Source: Candidatus Omnitrophota bacterium
Lineage (GTDB): Bacteria > Omnitrophota > Gorgyraeia > JAFGHF01
Assembly: GCA_042571705.1 (NCBI GenBank)
Contig: JBHPFV010000007.1
Coordinates: forward strand, 1 to 59,097
Direction of reading: 5' to 3'
DNA: 59,097 nt
Shown here in pieces: positions 1 through 9,196 of the stretch (position 1 is the stretch's first letter; every line of letters starts with the position of its first letter). The position numbers and the translations under genes were made by a program. The notes under the pieces were generated by a model. The model searched no databases. It had not been told where the DNA came from and worked only from the letters and a program-made list of their open reading frames with translations.

Positions 1-138
1 AAAATTGCAGGCCGCGAGACGCACACCAGCATTCAACAAAGAACAAAAACACTGAGCACGGAAACAAGGGTGCAGTTCTCCGATTGATTCTAGGACACTT
101 CTCCGATTGGTTTGAGAACCGGTCTTATGTATATTAAG

Positions 139-939
139 TTAAAACGAATGTTCGTCTTTGTCTTCATAGGCTTCCAGTTCCGGATCGGTAACGTAACCGT
201 GTCTGGCCGGCTCTGGATAGCCCTCATAAGCAAGCGGGCCTTGTTCGTAAGAATACTGATTCGGAAAAACCGGATCAAGCCCTTTGCCCGGTCCAGACAA
301 AACAGTTGTTCTTTCTACAGGCGTTTTGCTTTTAGTTACGGTTAGCTGGCGCGGAAAGTTCTCCCCATCTTGCCGTAAATATTCAATTTTAACGGTATCG
401 CCGACTTTTAGATTTTTTAGGGCCTCTAAACTGTTCAATTTTCTAAAATCAACGGTATAAAATATATCTTTTTCCAAATAACTAGCTTCGTCAAGCTGAC
501 TGAGCACCAATTCACATGTTAGTTTCTTGACTCGACCCTCGGCCAGCTTAGGTTTGACTTTCTGTTCGGCAAAAGCATTTTTAGCGGTCAGAATTAAACA
601 AATTCCGGTGATCAGGATGATTAACGCCCAAATCCTAAAAATTAGCAAGGATTGCTTGCTGCCCCATTCGGCTATTTTTTGTGAGGTCCGGCCGCTAAAC
701 TGCAGGATGATTCTGACCAGGGCAAAGATCCCGATTAAGCCAATAACTTTAAGCCACGCCCCTTGGGCCTTAAACACCACGCCCAGCAGAGAAAATACAA
801 GCATCAGGGTAAAGCCATAGACCGCCCACTTAATCTTGCGATTAGTCTTTTTAATCAGGCGCCGCTTAAGCATCTCCGGTTTAATTAACCAGAGCAGCCC
901 CAAAATTATCCAGAGCGTCCCTAATATTTTAGCTAACAT
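139..939 (-). CDS. Hypothetical membrane protein (about 4 TM helices plus a C-terminal OB-fold-like soluble domain)
   Basis: Hydrophobic helices in the first ~120 aa; 'LKVGDTVKIEY' is an OB-fold-like motif; AAGGAGG RBS upstream. Confidence 0.6.
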   Translation of the reverse strand: MLAKILGTLWIILGLLWLIKPEMLKRRLIKKTNRKIKWAVYGFTLMLVFSLLGVVFKAQGAWLKVIGLIGIFALVRIILQFSGRTSQKIAEWGSKQSLLIFRIWALIILITGICLILTAKNAFAEQKVKPKLAEGRVKKLTCELVLSQLDEASYLEKDIFYTVDFRKLNSLEALKNLKVGDTVKIEYLRQDGENFPRQLTVTKSKTPVERTTVLSGPGKGLDPVFPNQYSYEQGPLAYEGYPEPARHGYVTDPELEAYEDKDEHSF

Positions 940-953
940 GTTTTAACCCTCCT

Positions 954-1523
954 TCAACGCTTAAACTCACTCAAACTCACCCACCAGGCATTGGGGTCGC
1001 TGGTCTTTGCCTGTCGCCAAAGTCTTTTTGCGCTTTTGGTAACTAAATGGCCCGGGGCTTTGCGCATAAATTTGGCGGCCTGCTTAAATCCCTGCTGATA
1101 ATATTCCTGGGCCTGAATTAAACACTCCAGGATATCAGCGTCTCTGGCGATAATCGCCGCCTTTGAGCTTTGCCTCCGGTACTTCCGACGAGATGCCTTT
1201 AATTCCTGTTTGATTGCTTTGGGCAATTTATCGATTTGCTCGGCAAAAGAGTGATCCTCAGCAGCCTGGATATTCAGATAACGCTGGGCCATCTTATGCA
1301 AATCGCCAATCCTGGCCTCGTGCAGATCATTGAATAATGTCATCAAGAGCACCTCTTCGGACTGCTCCCCTTCCATCCGGGCTAGCAGATATCCGATCAC
1401 AGCGCAGCGAAAACTATGCCCGGCTACGGATTCGGCGCGCTTAATTCCCAAAACCGACCAGCCTGAACGCGGCACCTGTTTAAGCATGCCGGCTTCTAAG
1501 ATAAAATTCAATATACTTTTCAC
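954..1523 (-). CDS. HD-domain hydrolase (YfbR/HDDC2-like 5'-deoxynucleotidase family)
   Basis: LKQVPRSGW, ESVAGHSFR, NDLHEARIGD (HD replaced by ND), DADILE motifs. Confidence 0.85.
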   Translation of the reverse strand: MKSILNFILEAGMLKQVPRSGWSVLGIKRAESVAGHSFRCAVIGYLLARMEGEQSEEVLLMTLFNDLHEARIGDLHKMAQRYLNIQAAEDHSFAEQIDKLPKAIKQELKASRRKYRRQSSKAAIIARDADILECLIQAQEYYQQGFKQAAKFMRKAPGHLVTKSAKRLWRQAKTSDPNAWWVSLSEFKR

Positions 1524-2242
1524 GCCACACCTCTTTGTTTGGCAATTTCATAGCAAAATATCACCGTGGCCATGGCGACATTAAAGGAAAGTTCAGCTCC
1601 CGGCATCGGGATGTTAATCTTAGCGTCAAGCTGTTTTTTTAGGCCTGGACGGATCCCCGGCCCTTCTGAACCCAAAACCAGGCCTAAAGGAAATGGTAAA
1701 GTTGCCTGATTTAAGGCTTGGGCCTGCTCGCCCAGGACGCTGCCAACGATCCAATAGCCCTGCTTCTTAGCGCTAATAATCGCGTTGGTTAAATTGGTGA
1801 CTAAAGAAACCGGGATGTAATTTTCTCCTCCGGAGGCTACATGTAAAACCGCCTCGGTCACAGCGCAAGCGCTAAACCGCGGAATTATTACGGCAAATTT
1901 TCCGAAACAGGCCGCAGTACGGATGATCACACCTAAGTTCTGCGGGTCGTTAATCCTATCCAGGAATAAAAGCGTCAGCGGGTCTTTGCCGCAGCCGGCG
2001 AGTAAATCATCAAAAGGCGTATATTCAAACTGTTCTACCTCAGCCACCACGCCCTGTAAGTCTTTGCTGTGCTTAACCCGGGCCAATTGTTTAGCCGCCA
2101 GGCGTTCTGCGGGAAGATGGTTTTTTTTGATTAAACTTTCTATCTGGGGCAGGGCGGTATTTTCCTGCAGGAGTATTTTTTGAATACTCTTGGGATTACT
2201 TTTTAGTCTTTCCAGAATAGAATTTCTACCGTATAAGAACAT
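1520..2242 (-). CDS. rlmB: 23S rRNA (Gm2251) 2'-O-methyltransferase, TrmH/SpoU family
   Basis: LYGRN start, LDRINDPQNLGVIIRTA, LGSEGPG, IPMPG..SFNVA; start moved to ATG at 2242. Confidence 0.88.
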   Translation of the reverse strand: MFLYGRNSILERLKSNPKSIQKILLQENTALPQIESLIKKNHLPAERLAAKQLARVKHSKDLQGVVAEVEQFEYTPFDDLLAGCGKDPLTLLFLDRINDPQNLGVIIRTAACFGKFAVIIPRFSACAVTEAVLHVASGGENYIPVSLVTNLTNAIISAKKQGYWIVGSVLGEQAQALNQATLPFPLGLVLGSEGPGIRPGLKKQLDAKINIPMPGAELSFNVAMATVIFCYEIAKQRGVA

Positions 2243-3011
2243 TGAGCATTTTATTATGGATTTTGCCGTTGGAGGCGACAATATAGGACCTTTTTAAGCT
2301 AATCTCCTCGCCCCGTCTGCCGCTGACCCGGCCGCCTGCTTCTTTGATGATTAGGACACCGGCGGCAAAATCCCAAGGGTTAAGCAGATACTCCCAAAAT
2401 CCGGAAATCCGCCCGCAGGCAAGATAACTTAGGTCTAGCGCCGCCGAACCCAGCCGCCTGATCCCCACGACATCCTGATAAAAGAATCTTTTTATATTTT
2501 TTAAGGTCTCAACCATCGGCCGGCCTCTATTGTAGTAAAAACCGGTAACCAGCAAGGACTCCTTCAGTGTTTTGGTAGCGTTGACCTGAATTTTTTTGCC
2601 GTTTAAGTAGGCCCCGCGGCCTGTTTCAGCGTAAAATAACTCCTCGCGCACCGGATCATAGATCACCGCAGAAAACACCTGGTTATCCTTAGCGCAAGCG
2701 ATCGAGACGCAAAAGATCGGCAGGCCAAAAGCGAAATTATTTGTCCCGTCCAGAGGATCAATAATCCATCGATATCGCGAATTTGTCTTTTTGTATTTGT
2801 TTTCTTCAGCCAAAAAGTTGTGCCCGGGAAAGTGCTTTTTAATTGTGGAGACGATTTTTTTCTCCGCGGCCAGATCAGCGCTAGTCAGCAAATCAAAGGC
2901 TGACTTTTTATGCTCAACCCGCAACTTTTTACTATGGAAATACCTCAGGTGAATCCTGCCGGCTTCTTTGGCGGCGGCAATAGCGACTTTGGTGTATTGG
3001 TTTGGCTTCAT
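2226..3011 (-). CDS. suhB: Inositol monophosphatase family protein
   Basis: WIIDPLDGTNNF, RRLGSAALDL, WDFAAG motifs. Confidence 0.93.
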   Translation of the reverse strand: MKPNQYTKVAIAAAKEAGRIHLRYFHSKKLRVEHKKSAFDLLTSADLAAEKKIVSTIKKHFPGHNFLAEENKYKKTNSRYRWIIDPLDGTNNFAFGLPIFCVSIACAKDNQVFSAVIYDPVREELFYAETGRGAYLNGKKIQVNATKTLKESLLVTGFYYNRGRPMVETLKNIKRFFYQDVVGIRRLGSAALDLSYLACGRISGFWEYLLNPWDFAAGVLIIKEAGGRVSGRRGEEISLKRSYIVASNGKIHNKMLNVLIR

Positions 3012-3014
3012 CTT

Positions 3015-3635
3015 TTAGTTTAGCTTTTCGATCAACGCCTTGATGCCTTGCTCGATCCGTGAATATTCTTTTTTTTCCAGCCATTCTTTCTTAAACACAC
3101 TGCCGCCAAAAGCAACTGCTGAGGCGCCGGATGAGAAAAATGACTGGATATTATCGGCAGTTACGCCTCCGCAGGCCAAAAGCTCAATATCCGCGAAAGG
3201 CCCCTTGATTTCTTTAATGTAACCGGGTCCGAAGAATTTAGCCGGAAAGACCTTGACCATGGTCGCCCCCGCGCTCCAGGCGTGGTAGATCTCCTGGGGG
3301 CTAAAAGCCCCGGGAAATACAGGAATTGTTTGCTTTACGCAGTACTCTACAACTTCAGTCACTAAAGTAGGCAAAACAATAAAGCTGGCTCCGGCATCCA
3401 GGGCCGCGCGTAACTCATCGCTAGTCAATACGGTCCCCGCTCCGATAGTTAAGCGATTGTTAGCTACCCTGACCATCCGCTGAATCAATTCCGCGGCTCC
3501 GGAGGTGTTCATGGTAATCTCAATAGTTTCCAATCCCGCGAGCACTACCGCCTCGATGAGCGGCTCAATCATCTCCAGCTTCGCTGCGCGCAGGATGCCC
3601 ATAATTGGGCGTTGTTTAAACCGGTTCGGATCCAT
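3015..3635 (-). CDS. eda: KDPG/KHG aldolase
   Basis: IEITM, IGAGTVL, VKVFPA (Schiff-base Lys), GGV motifs. Confidence 0.9.
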   Translation of the reverse strand: MDPNRFKQRPIMGILRAAKLEMIEPLIEAVVLAGLETIEITMNTSGAAELIQRMVRVANNRLTIGAGTVLTSDELRAALDAGASFIVLPTLVTEVVEYCVKQTIPVFPGAFSPQEIYHAWSAGATMVKVFPAKFFGPGYIKEIKGPFADIELLACGGVTADNIQSFFSSGASAVAFGGSVFKKEWLEKKEYSRIEQGIKALIEKLN

Positions 3636-3647
3636 GGTCGTTACCTT

Positions 3648-4598
3648 TTAATCAGGTTCGATCTCCTTCAAGCTCTCATAAAATTCGCGGTAATTTTCCT
3701 TTTCCATGCTGTTACGCAAGGCCATTGCCGCCCGGGGGTGCTCGTTCATTATCCCGGATATCGCGTAAGGAATTATATAACCCCATTCAATTTTTTTCCT
3801 CAATGGGATAAACTCGTGGGAGATTAAATCCAAGATCGGGCGGATGTCAAATTTGGGGTTCTTCAAGAATCCGATTAATAGTTCCAGCGGACAATTTCCA
3901 GCGGCCCGGCCGATACCATAAACAGTGCCGTCCAGATAATTGGCATTATGGATAATCGCCTCAATGGTATTGCTAAACGCCAGCTGCTGATGATTGTGCC
4001 CGTGGAAGCCCACCTCTTTGGTCTTGAGTATACTTTTAGCCTTTTTGATTAAAAACTCCACCGGCTCCTGATAAAGCGCGCCGTAACTATCCACAATGTA
4101 AGCCACCTGAACCTTACTCTCTTGCTCTATCTGCTCCAGGGCCTCATCCAACTCCGGACCCATGTCCTTGGAGATGGCCATAATGTTGATCGTAGTCTCA
4201 TATCCTTTCTGGCCGAAATGATTGGTCAGATAGATGGCCTTATCGATGTCTTTGACATAGGCGGCCACCCGAATCATATCCACCGGACTTTCCGCGGCCG
4301 GTTTGACCTCATCGATATTGACTCGCCCGACATCAACCATCACCGAAATCTTTGTCTGGGACTCGATGCCCTCAATTACCCGCTGGATCTGGTCGTCATC
4401 GCAAAACTTCCATAAACCGAATTCTTTGGGCGAAAACAGCTTCTTGGAATTTTTGTAGCCTAATTCGATGTAGTCCACAGCGGCTTGGGAGAGCCCCTTG
4501 TAGACCTCACGGACAAAACGATGGTCAAAATCATGGTTATTGATTAAACCGCCGTCACGAATAGTACAGTCTAAGACCTTAATCTTCTCTCTAAACAT
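3648..4598 (-). CDS. HMGL-like (DRE-TIM) aldolase catalytic domain protein, 4-hydroxy-2-oxovalerate aldolase-like
   Basis: DCTIRDGG, GFHGHN, GIGRAAGN; start moved to ATG 4598 after AAGGAGGG. Confidence 0.85.
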   Translation of the reverse strand: MFREKIKVLDCTIRDGGLINNHDFDHRFVREVYKGLSQAAVDYIELGYKNSKKLFSPKEFGLWKFCDDDQIQRVIEGIESQTKISVMVDVGRVNIDEVKPAAESPVDMIRVAAYVKDIDKAIYLTNHFGQKGYETTINIMAISKDMGPELDEALEQIEQESKVQVAYIVDSYGALYQEPVEFLIKKAKSILKTKEVGFHGHNHQQLAFSNTIEAIIHNANYLDGTVYGIGRAAGNCPLELLIGFLKNPKFDIRPILDLISHEFIPLRKKIEWGYIIPYAISGIMNEHPRAAMALRNSMEKENYREFYESLKEIEPD

Positions 4599-4701
4599 AA
4601 TGCCCTCCTTATATAGACTAGTAATTATACTACTAAAAGCAAAAAATCCCAAGTAAATTCTTACTTGGGATTTTGTTCAGCCTGATTATTACAAGCGGGG
4701 A

Positions 4702-4917
4702 TTATTCCTTCTTGCGCATACCCGGAAGCACGCCTTTAATCGTGCCCCAGGTAACGAAACTTAAGCAAACCAGAAAAACCATCGGGGCTACTTTCTTGGT
4801 GATGATTGTCGCTTCGGACACTCTCACGCCGGCTACGCCCATTCCCAATCCTAGCAGAAAAAAGATTAGCTGTAGGGAAACAACGAACCAAATTATCCCA
4901 AAGATCACCCTGCGCAT
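4702..4917 (-). CDS. Small 2-TM hypothetical membrane protein
   Basis: Two hydrophobic helices, AAGGAGAG RBS, GxLPG C-terminal motif. Confidence 0.6.
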   Translation of the reverse strand: MRRVIFGIIWFVVSLQLIFFLLGLGMGVAGVRVSEATIITKKVAPMVFLVCLSFVTWGTIKGVLPGMRKKE

Positions 4918-4932
4918 TGATCTCTCCTTTGC

Positions 4933-4967
4933 AAAAAAAAGGCCCGGTGAATTTTTGACCGGGCCTT
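4933..4967 (-). terminator. Intrinsic terminator of the csp gene
   Basis: AAGGCCCGGT/ACCGGGCCTT stem followed by T8 on the minus strand. Confidence 0.85.
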
Positions 4968-4981
4968 ATTCAGCTCTAACG

Positions 4982-5182
4982 TTATATCTTTACTACATTG
5001 GTGGCTTGTTCACCCTTAGGGCCCTGCTGGACTTCGAACTCGACCTGCTGACCTTCATCTAAAGACTTATAGCCATCACCCTGAATTGCGCTGTGATGCA
5101 CGAAAACATCCTTGCCTTCTTCAGAAGTAATAAATCCGTAACCCTTTTGGTTGCTGAACCACTTAACTGTTCCTTTTGTCAT
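4982..5182 (-). CDS. cspA: Cold-shock protein
   Basis: GTVKWF..KGYGFI, DVFVHHS (RNP1/RNP2); 66 aa. Confidence 0.97.
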   Translation of the reverse strand: MTKGTVKWFSNQKGYGFITSEEGKDVFVHHSAIQGDGYKSLDEGQQVEFEVQQGPKGEQATNVVKI

Positions 5183-5300
5183 TACTTACTACACCTCCTT
5201 CTTGTTAAATTATAGTAAATAATGACGAACTACAAAAAAAACCGCAAGGCGAACCTTCTTTTACCTGGCGGTTTAAGACTTCTACTCCTTATTTACTACT
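5183..5300 (-). promoter_or_regulatory. Conserved structured csp 5' leader (copy 1)
   Basis: Homologous to 49628-49744; 10-bp outer helix and inner hairpin followed by a U-tract. Confidence 0.7.
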
Positions 5301-5306
5301 GAAGAT

Positions 5307-5335
5307 ATTATACCTCGTTTGCCCCTATTTGTCAA
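5307..5335 (-). promoter_or_regulatory. Sigma70 promoter of csp
   Basis: Perfect TTGACA-17-TATAAT on the minus strand. Confidence 0.85.
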
Positions 5336-5355
5336 CAAAATTGTGAAAATAAGTA

Positions 5356-6117
5356 CTAGGCCTTTTCCTTGATTTCTAAGTCTAATTTGTGGGTCCTGGC
5401 CTTGGCCAGCTCCCAGGCGTATTCATAGAGATGCAGCCCTTTGGAACAGGCGACTATCTCTCCGTTTCCCACGCCAATCTCATCGGCCATATACTGTTTG
5501 ACTAACTCCAGGCCGCCCAGATTGGAAGGAAATCCGCCCCAGAGGTCCCAGGAACGAAAATATAACATGAAATGCAATTTGCCGTAACGTACGCGGGTAT
5601 CGATCAGGCGCAAACAAGGCGGATCGTTCAGCTTGATATCCGAAGGCATGCCGATTTCCATAATCGCCTGGTTGGTCCCGAATTCTTGAGTCTTGTAGAT
5701 CTTAATCACTTCTTCAATTTGGTTGCACTGCAGAGGCATTTCTTTGACCAAATCTGCGCCTTCGGCCTTGGTATTCAGCTTGACTTTGGGATTGACCAGA
5801 CGTTCGCCGTATGTGTAGTCTTCGGTTGCGGTCTTCTGGCAGGTCAGCAGATACTGCAAATATTGCTGGATATACTCCATCGTGGTCGGCGGAGGAATGC
5901 TTGAGCCCTCCGGCATAATCGGAATAATCTGGTGGTCCGGATTTTTGACGTGGATAGTAACAAAATCGAACTCCAGCCGGCACTGTCCGGCATAACTGCC
6001 CCGGTCGATCTTATAGACGTGGCCGTGCTCTAAAATCTTGGTCAGGCACTTAAACCAGGCATCGTCTAGATCAAAGGCCTCAATTGAAACCGGTTTTAAC
6101 TTCCTGCTTTCCGCCAT
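5356..6117 (-). CDS. thyA: Thymidylate synthase (short, archaeal-like ThyA family)
   Basis: YTYGERL, DPPCLR (catalytic Cys), FRSWD, GFPSN, LHLYE; start at ATG 6117 after GAGGAG. Confidence 0.82.
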   Translation of the reverse strand: MAESRKLKPVSIEAFDLDDAWFKCLTKILEHGHVYKIDRGSYAGQCRLEFDFVTIHVKNPDHQIIPIMPEGSSIPPPTTMEYIQQYLQYLLTCQKTATEDYTYGERLVNPKVKLNTKAEGADLVKEMPLQCNQIEEVIKIYKTQEFGTNQAIMEIGMPSDIKLNDPPCLRLIDTRVRYGKLHFMLYFRSWDLWGGFPSNLGGLELVKQYMADEIGVGNGEIVACSKGLHLYEYAWELAKARTHKLDLEIKEKA

Positions 6118-6228
6118 CGCGCTGCTCCTCTTACTGTGGATGTATTTTAATACAACTGCCGGCAAATTGCAACTAAAGATTTATTTGTGGCCGTGGCCGC
6201 ATTTTGTCTTTTTCTTAAGCTACTAATC

Positions 6229-6384
6229 TTAATAGTGGTAGGAATGTCTTTTGTCTTTGCCTGAATGCTGCCAATGCCCTCCTTTCTGAACTTGATACTT
6301 GATGTAATGCCCTTCTACAATTACTTGGCCTAGCCGCGGATCGTATTCTCTATGTTCGGGGACCCACTTCCTCTTTGGTTTCAT
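6229..6384 (-). pseudogene. Possible 51-aa gene fragment (MKPKRKWVPEHREYDPRLGQVIVEGHYIKYQVQKGGHWQHSGKDKRHSYHY)
   Basis: Translated by hand; WVPxH/EGHY/GGHW pattern resembles YxWGxW-repeat proteins; no RBS, and in-frame stops lie immediately upstream. Confidence 0.3.
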
Positions 6385-6432
6385 CTATTAGACACAGCAG
6401 GAGGTAAAAATATTCCCTGATTTTTAAACTTT

Positions 6433-7674
6433 TTATTTGGCGCCGACTAATAGCGGCGCGGGGCTGTGCTCCATCTCTGTGGGCAGGCCCATTTTACCGA
6501 GCAAGTCCAGGAAAGGATCGGGATCAAGCTCTTCGACATTGACCATGGTCCGGACATCCCAGATACCTTGGGCGATGAGAATAGCCGCGGCCGCCGGTGG
6601 AACTCCGGCGGTATAGCAAATGGCCTGTGACTCTACTTCCTGGTAACACTCGGCGTGGTCGCAGACATTATAAATAAACAGCTCCTTGGGGCTGTTGCCT
6701 TTTAACCCTTTGACATGAATGCCAATGCAAGTCTTTCCTGTATAATTGGGGGCCAGCGCTAACGGATCAGGCAGGATCGCCTTCAGCATCTTTAAGGGGA
6801 CAACTTTTACGCCTTCGGCAGTCTGAACCGGTTTTTCCGAAGTTAGCCCTAAGTTGGTCAACACCGAAAATACATTAATATAATGATCGCTAAACCCCAT
6901 CCAGAAACGGATACTGTTGGCATCGATGTTTTTGGATAAAGAATGCAGTTCGTCGTGGCCATTGAGATAAATCGGCTGTCGGCCCACTACCGGGAAATCA
7001 TAAATCATTTTTACGGAGTGGACCTGATTCAGCACCCATTTACGGTCAATCCAGTTCCAAATCTTCCTAAACTCCCGGAAATTTATCTCCGGATCAAAAT
7101 TGGTGGCGAAATACTTACCGTGGTTGCCGGCATTGACATCCATAATGTCAATGGTATCGATCATATCAAAGTGGTGTTTTACCGCCAATGCCGCATAGGC
7201 ATTAACCACTCCCGGGTCAAACCCGGCGCCCAAAATAGCGGTCAGGCCATTTTTTTTACACTCGTCTTTGCGCGGCCAATCGTAGTTGGCATACCAGGGT
7301 GGTTTTTCTTCGCCTTTGTGTGGTTCTTCATGTACAGCGGTATCCAGATAAGCCGCGCCGGTCCTAACGCAAGCCGTCAAAAGCGACATATTAACATAAG
7401 GCTGAGCCAGGTTCAGTACAATTTGCGAGTTAGTTTCTTTAATCAGCTTGACTGTGGCCGGGATATCCAGGCAATCAATTTGCCGCGCATATATTTTTTT
7501 GGCAGCATCCTTAATATTATTTTTCTTCTTGATACTCTCGATAATCTGATCGCATTTGCTCCTTGTCCGGGAGGCAATGCAGATATCACCCAAGCGATCG
7601 TTATTCTGCGCGCATTTATGCGCGGTGACATGGCCGACACCGCCGGCGCCGATAATCAACACATTCCTTTTCAT
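6433..7674 (-). CDS. Carboxy(nor)spermidine dehydrogenase (saccharopine dehydrogenase family), divergent copy 2
   Basis: GAGGVG Rossmann motif, GFDPG, FATNFDPEINFREF, HDELHSL, YTAGVPP; downstream of nspC. Confidence 0.9.
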   Translation of the reverse strand: MKRNVLIIGAGGVGHVTAHKCAQNNDRLGDICIASRTRSKCDQIIESIKKKNNIKDAAKKIYARQIDCLDIPATVKLIKETNSQIVLNLAQPYVNMSLLTACVRTGAAYLDTAVHEEPHKGEEKPPWYANYDWPRKDECKKNGLTAILGAGFDPGVVNAYAALAVKHHFDMIDTIDIMDVNAGNHGKYFATNFDPEINFREFRKIWNWIDRKWVLNQVHSVKMIYDFPVVGRQPIYLNGHDELHSLSKNIDANSIRFWMGFSDHYINVFSVLTNLGLTSEKPVQTAEGVKVVPLKMLKAILPDPLALAPNYTGKTCIGIHVKGLKGNSPKELFIYNVCDHAECYQEVESQAICYTAGVPPAAAAILIAQGIWDVRTMVNVEELDPDPFLDLLGKMGLPTEMEHSPAPLLVGAK

Positions 7675-7676
7675 AG

Positions 7677-8924
7677 TTATTTTACTCTTTCACTAGCGGG
7701 AAGCGCCGTTGGCTGATGCTCAACCTTTGTGGGTAAGCCCATTTTACCGAGCAATTCCAGGAAAGGATCAGGATCAAGCTCTTCGACATTGACCATGGTC
7801 CGGACATCCCAGATACCTTGGGCGATGAGAATAGCCGCGGCCGCCGGTGGAACTCCGGCAGTATAGCAAATGGCCTGTGACTCTACTTCCTGGTAACACT
7901 CGGCGTGGTCGCAAGTGTTATAAATAAACAGCTCCTTGGGGCTGTTGCCTTTTAACCCTTTGACATAGTCACCGATGCAGGTCTTTCCTGTGTAGTTGGG
8001 GGCCAGCGATAACGGATCGGGCAGGATCGCCTTCAGCAGCTTTAAGGGGACAACTTTTACGCCTTCGGCAGTCTGAACCGGTTTTTCCGAAGTTAGCCCT
8101 AAGTTGGTCAACACCGAAAATACATTAATATAATGATCGCCAAACCCCATCCAGAAACGGATACTGTTGGCATCGATGTTTTTGGATAAAGAATGCAGTT
8201 CGTCGTGGCCATTGAGATAAATCGGCTGTCGGCCCACTACCGGGAAATCATAAATCATTTTTATTGAGTGGACCGGCTCTTGCACCCATTTGCGGTCAAT
8301 CCAGGTCCAGACCTTTTTAAATTCCCGGAAATTTATCTCCGGATCAAAATTGGTGGCGAAATATTTACCGTGGTTGCCGGCATTAACATCCATAATGTCA
8401 ATGGTATCAATCGTATCAAAGTGGTGCTTTACCGCGCTTGCCGCGTAGGCATTAACCACTCCCGGGTCAAACCCGGCGCCCAAGATAGCGGTCAGGCCTT
8501 TTTCTTGACAGCGCTGCTTGCGTTTCCATTCATAGTTGCCATACCAGGGCGGGTCTTCGCAGACCTTATCCGGCTCTTCATGTATCGCGGTATCCAGATA
8601 AGCCGCGCCGGTTTCAAGACAAGCTTCCAATAAAGACATATTCACATAGGCCTGAGCCAGGTTCAGCACAATCTGCGAGTTAGTTTCTTTGATCAGCTTG
8701 ACTGTGGCCGGGATATCTAAGGCATTAATTTGCCGCGAATATATTTTTTTAGCGGCATCCTTAATATTATTTTTCTTCTTGATGCTCTCGATAATCTGAT
8801 CGCATTTGCTCTTTGTCCGGGAGGCAATGCAGATATCGCCCAAGCGATCATTATTCTGCGCGCATTTATGCGCGGTGACATGGGCTACGCCTCCGGCTCC
8901 GACAATCAACACATTCTTCTTCAT
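7677..8924 (-). CDS. Carboxy(nor)spermidine dehydrogenase (saccharopine dehydrogenase family), copy 1
   Basis: Same motifs plus DTAIHEEPDKVCEDPPWYGNYEW; in operon with nspC. Confidence 0.92.
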   Translation of the reverse strand: MKKNVLIVGAGGVAHVTAHKCAQNNDRLGDICIASRTKSKCDQIIESIKKKNNIKDAAKKIYSRQINALDIPATVKLIKETNSQIVLNLAQAYVNMSLLEACLETGAAYLDTAIHEEPDKVCEDPPWYGNYEWKRKQRCQEKGLTAILGAGFDPGVVNAYAASAVKHHFDTIDTIDIMDVNAGNHGKYFATNFDPEINFREFKKVWTWIDRKWVQEPVHSIKMIYDFPVVGRQPIYLNGHDELHSLSKNIDANSIRFWMGFGDHYINVFSVLTNLGLTSEKPVQTAEGVKVVPLKLLKAILPDPLSLAPNYTGKTCIGDYVKGLKGNSPKELFIYNTCDHAECYQEVESQAICYTAGVPPAAAAILIAQGIWDVRTMVNVEELDPDPFLELLGKMGLPTKVEHQPTALPASERVK

Positions 8925-8959
8925 CTTTCAACTTCTCCCTTACAGTATCTTTTTGCTTC

Positions 8960-9159
8960 ATGGTCTTTGCTCGCTCGCTCTGCAAAGACCATTCGCACAG
9001 ATAAGCATGAATTAAACGATGATTGCAATCTATATTTTGCGGGTGGCAAAGGTTCTAGCCTTCGGCGCGCAGCAAAAGAAAACACAGATAGTATAAGTTT
9101 CTTCCACTGTAATTTTGCGAGCACCGAAGGCGAACCTTTGACAGGACCCGCAAAATATA
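8960..9159. repeat. Intergenic palindromic element (short hairpin plus ~130-bp imperfect inverted repeat), REP/MITE-like
   Basis: ATGGTCTTTGC/GCAAAGACCAT at 8960-8992; ~47-bp imperfect arms at 9031-9077 and 9113-9159. Confidence 0.7.
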
Positions 9160-9196
9160 CGAGCGAAAGCCGCAAAATTATTTCCTTGCATCTTAA

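Noticed and set aside
76-109. TTCTCCGATTG direct repeat near the window start
   Set aside because: Only two 11-bp copies at the edge; the downstream context is not visible
954-6117. HD hydrolase plus thymidylate-synthase-like gene as a DNA hypermodification or defence cluster
   Set aside because: They are separated by ordinary housekeeping genes, and the synthase keeps the Asn (GFPSN) typical of dUMP specificity
6943-7716. 257-aa plus-strand ORF, and the similar ORFs at 8268-8633 and 8730-9200
   Set aside because: Antisense shadows of the dehydrogenase genes; their mutual similarity just reflects the duplication
8921-9175. 84-aa ORF between nspC and the dehydrogenase
   Set aside because: Runs through the palindromic element, has no recognisable motif, and starts at a non-ATG codon
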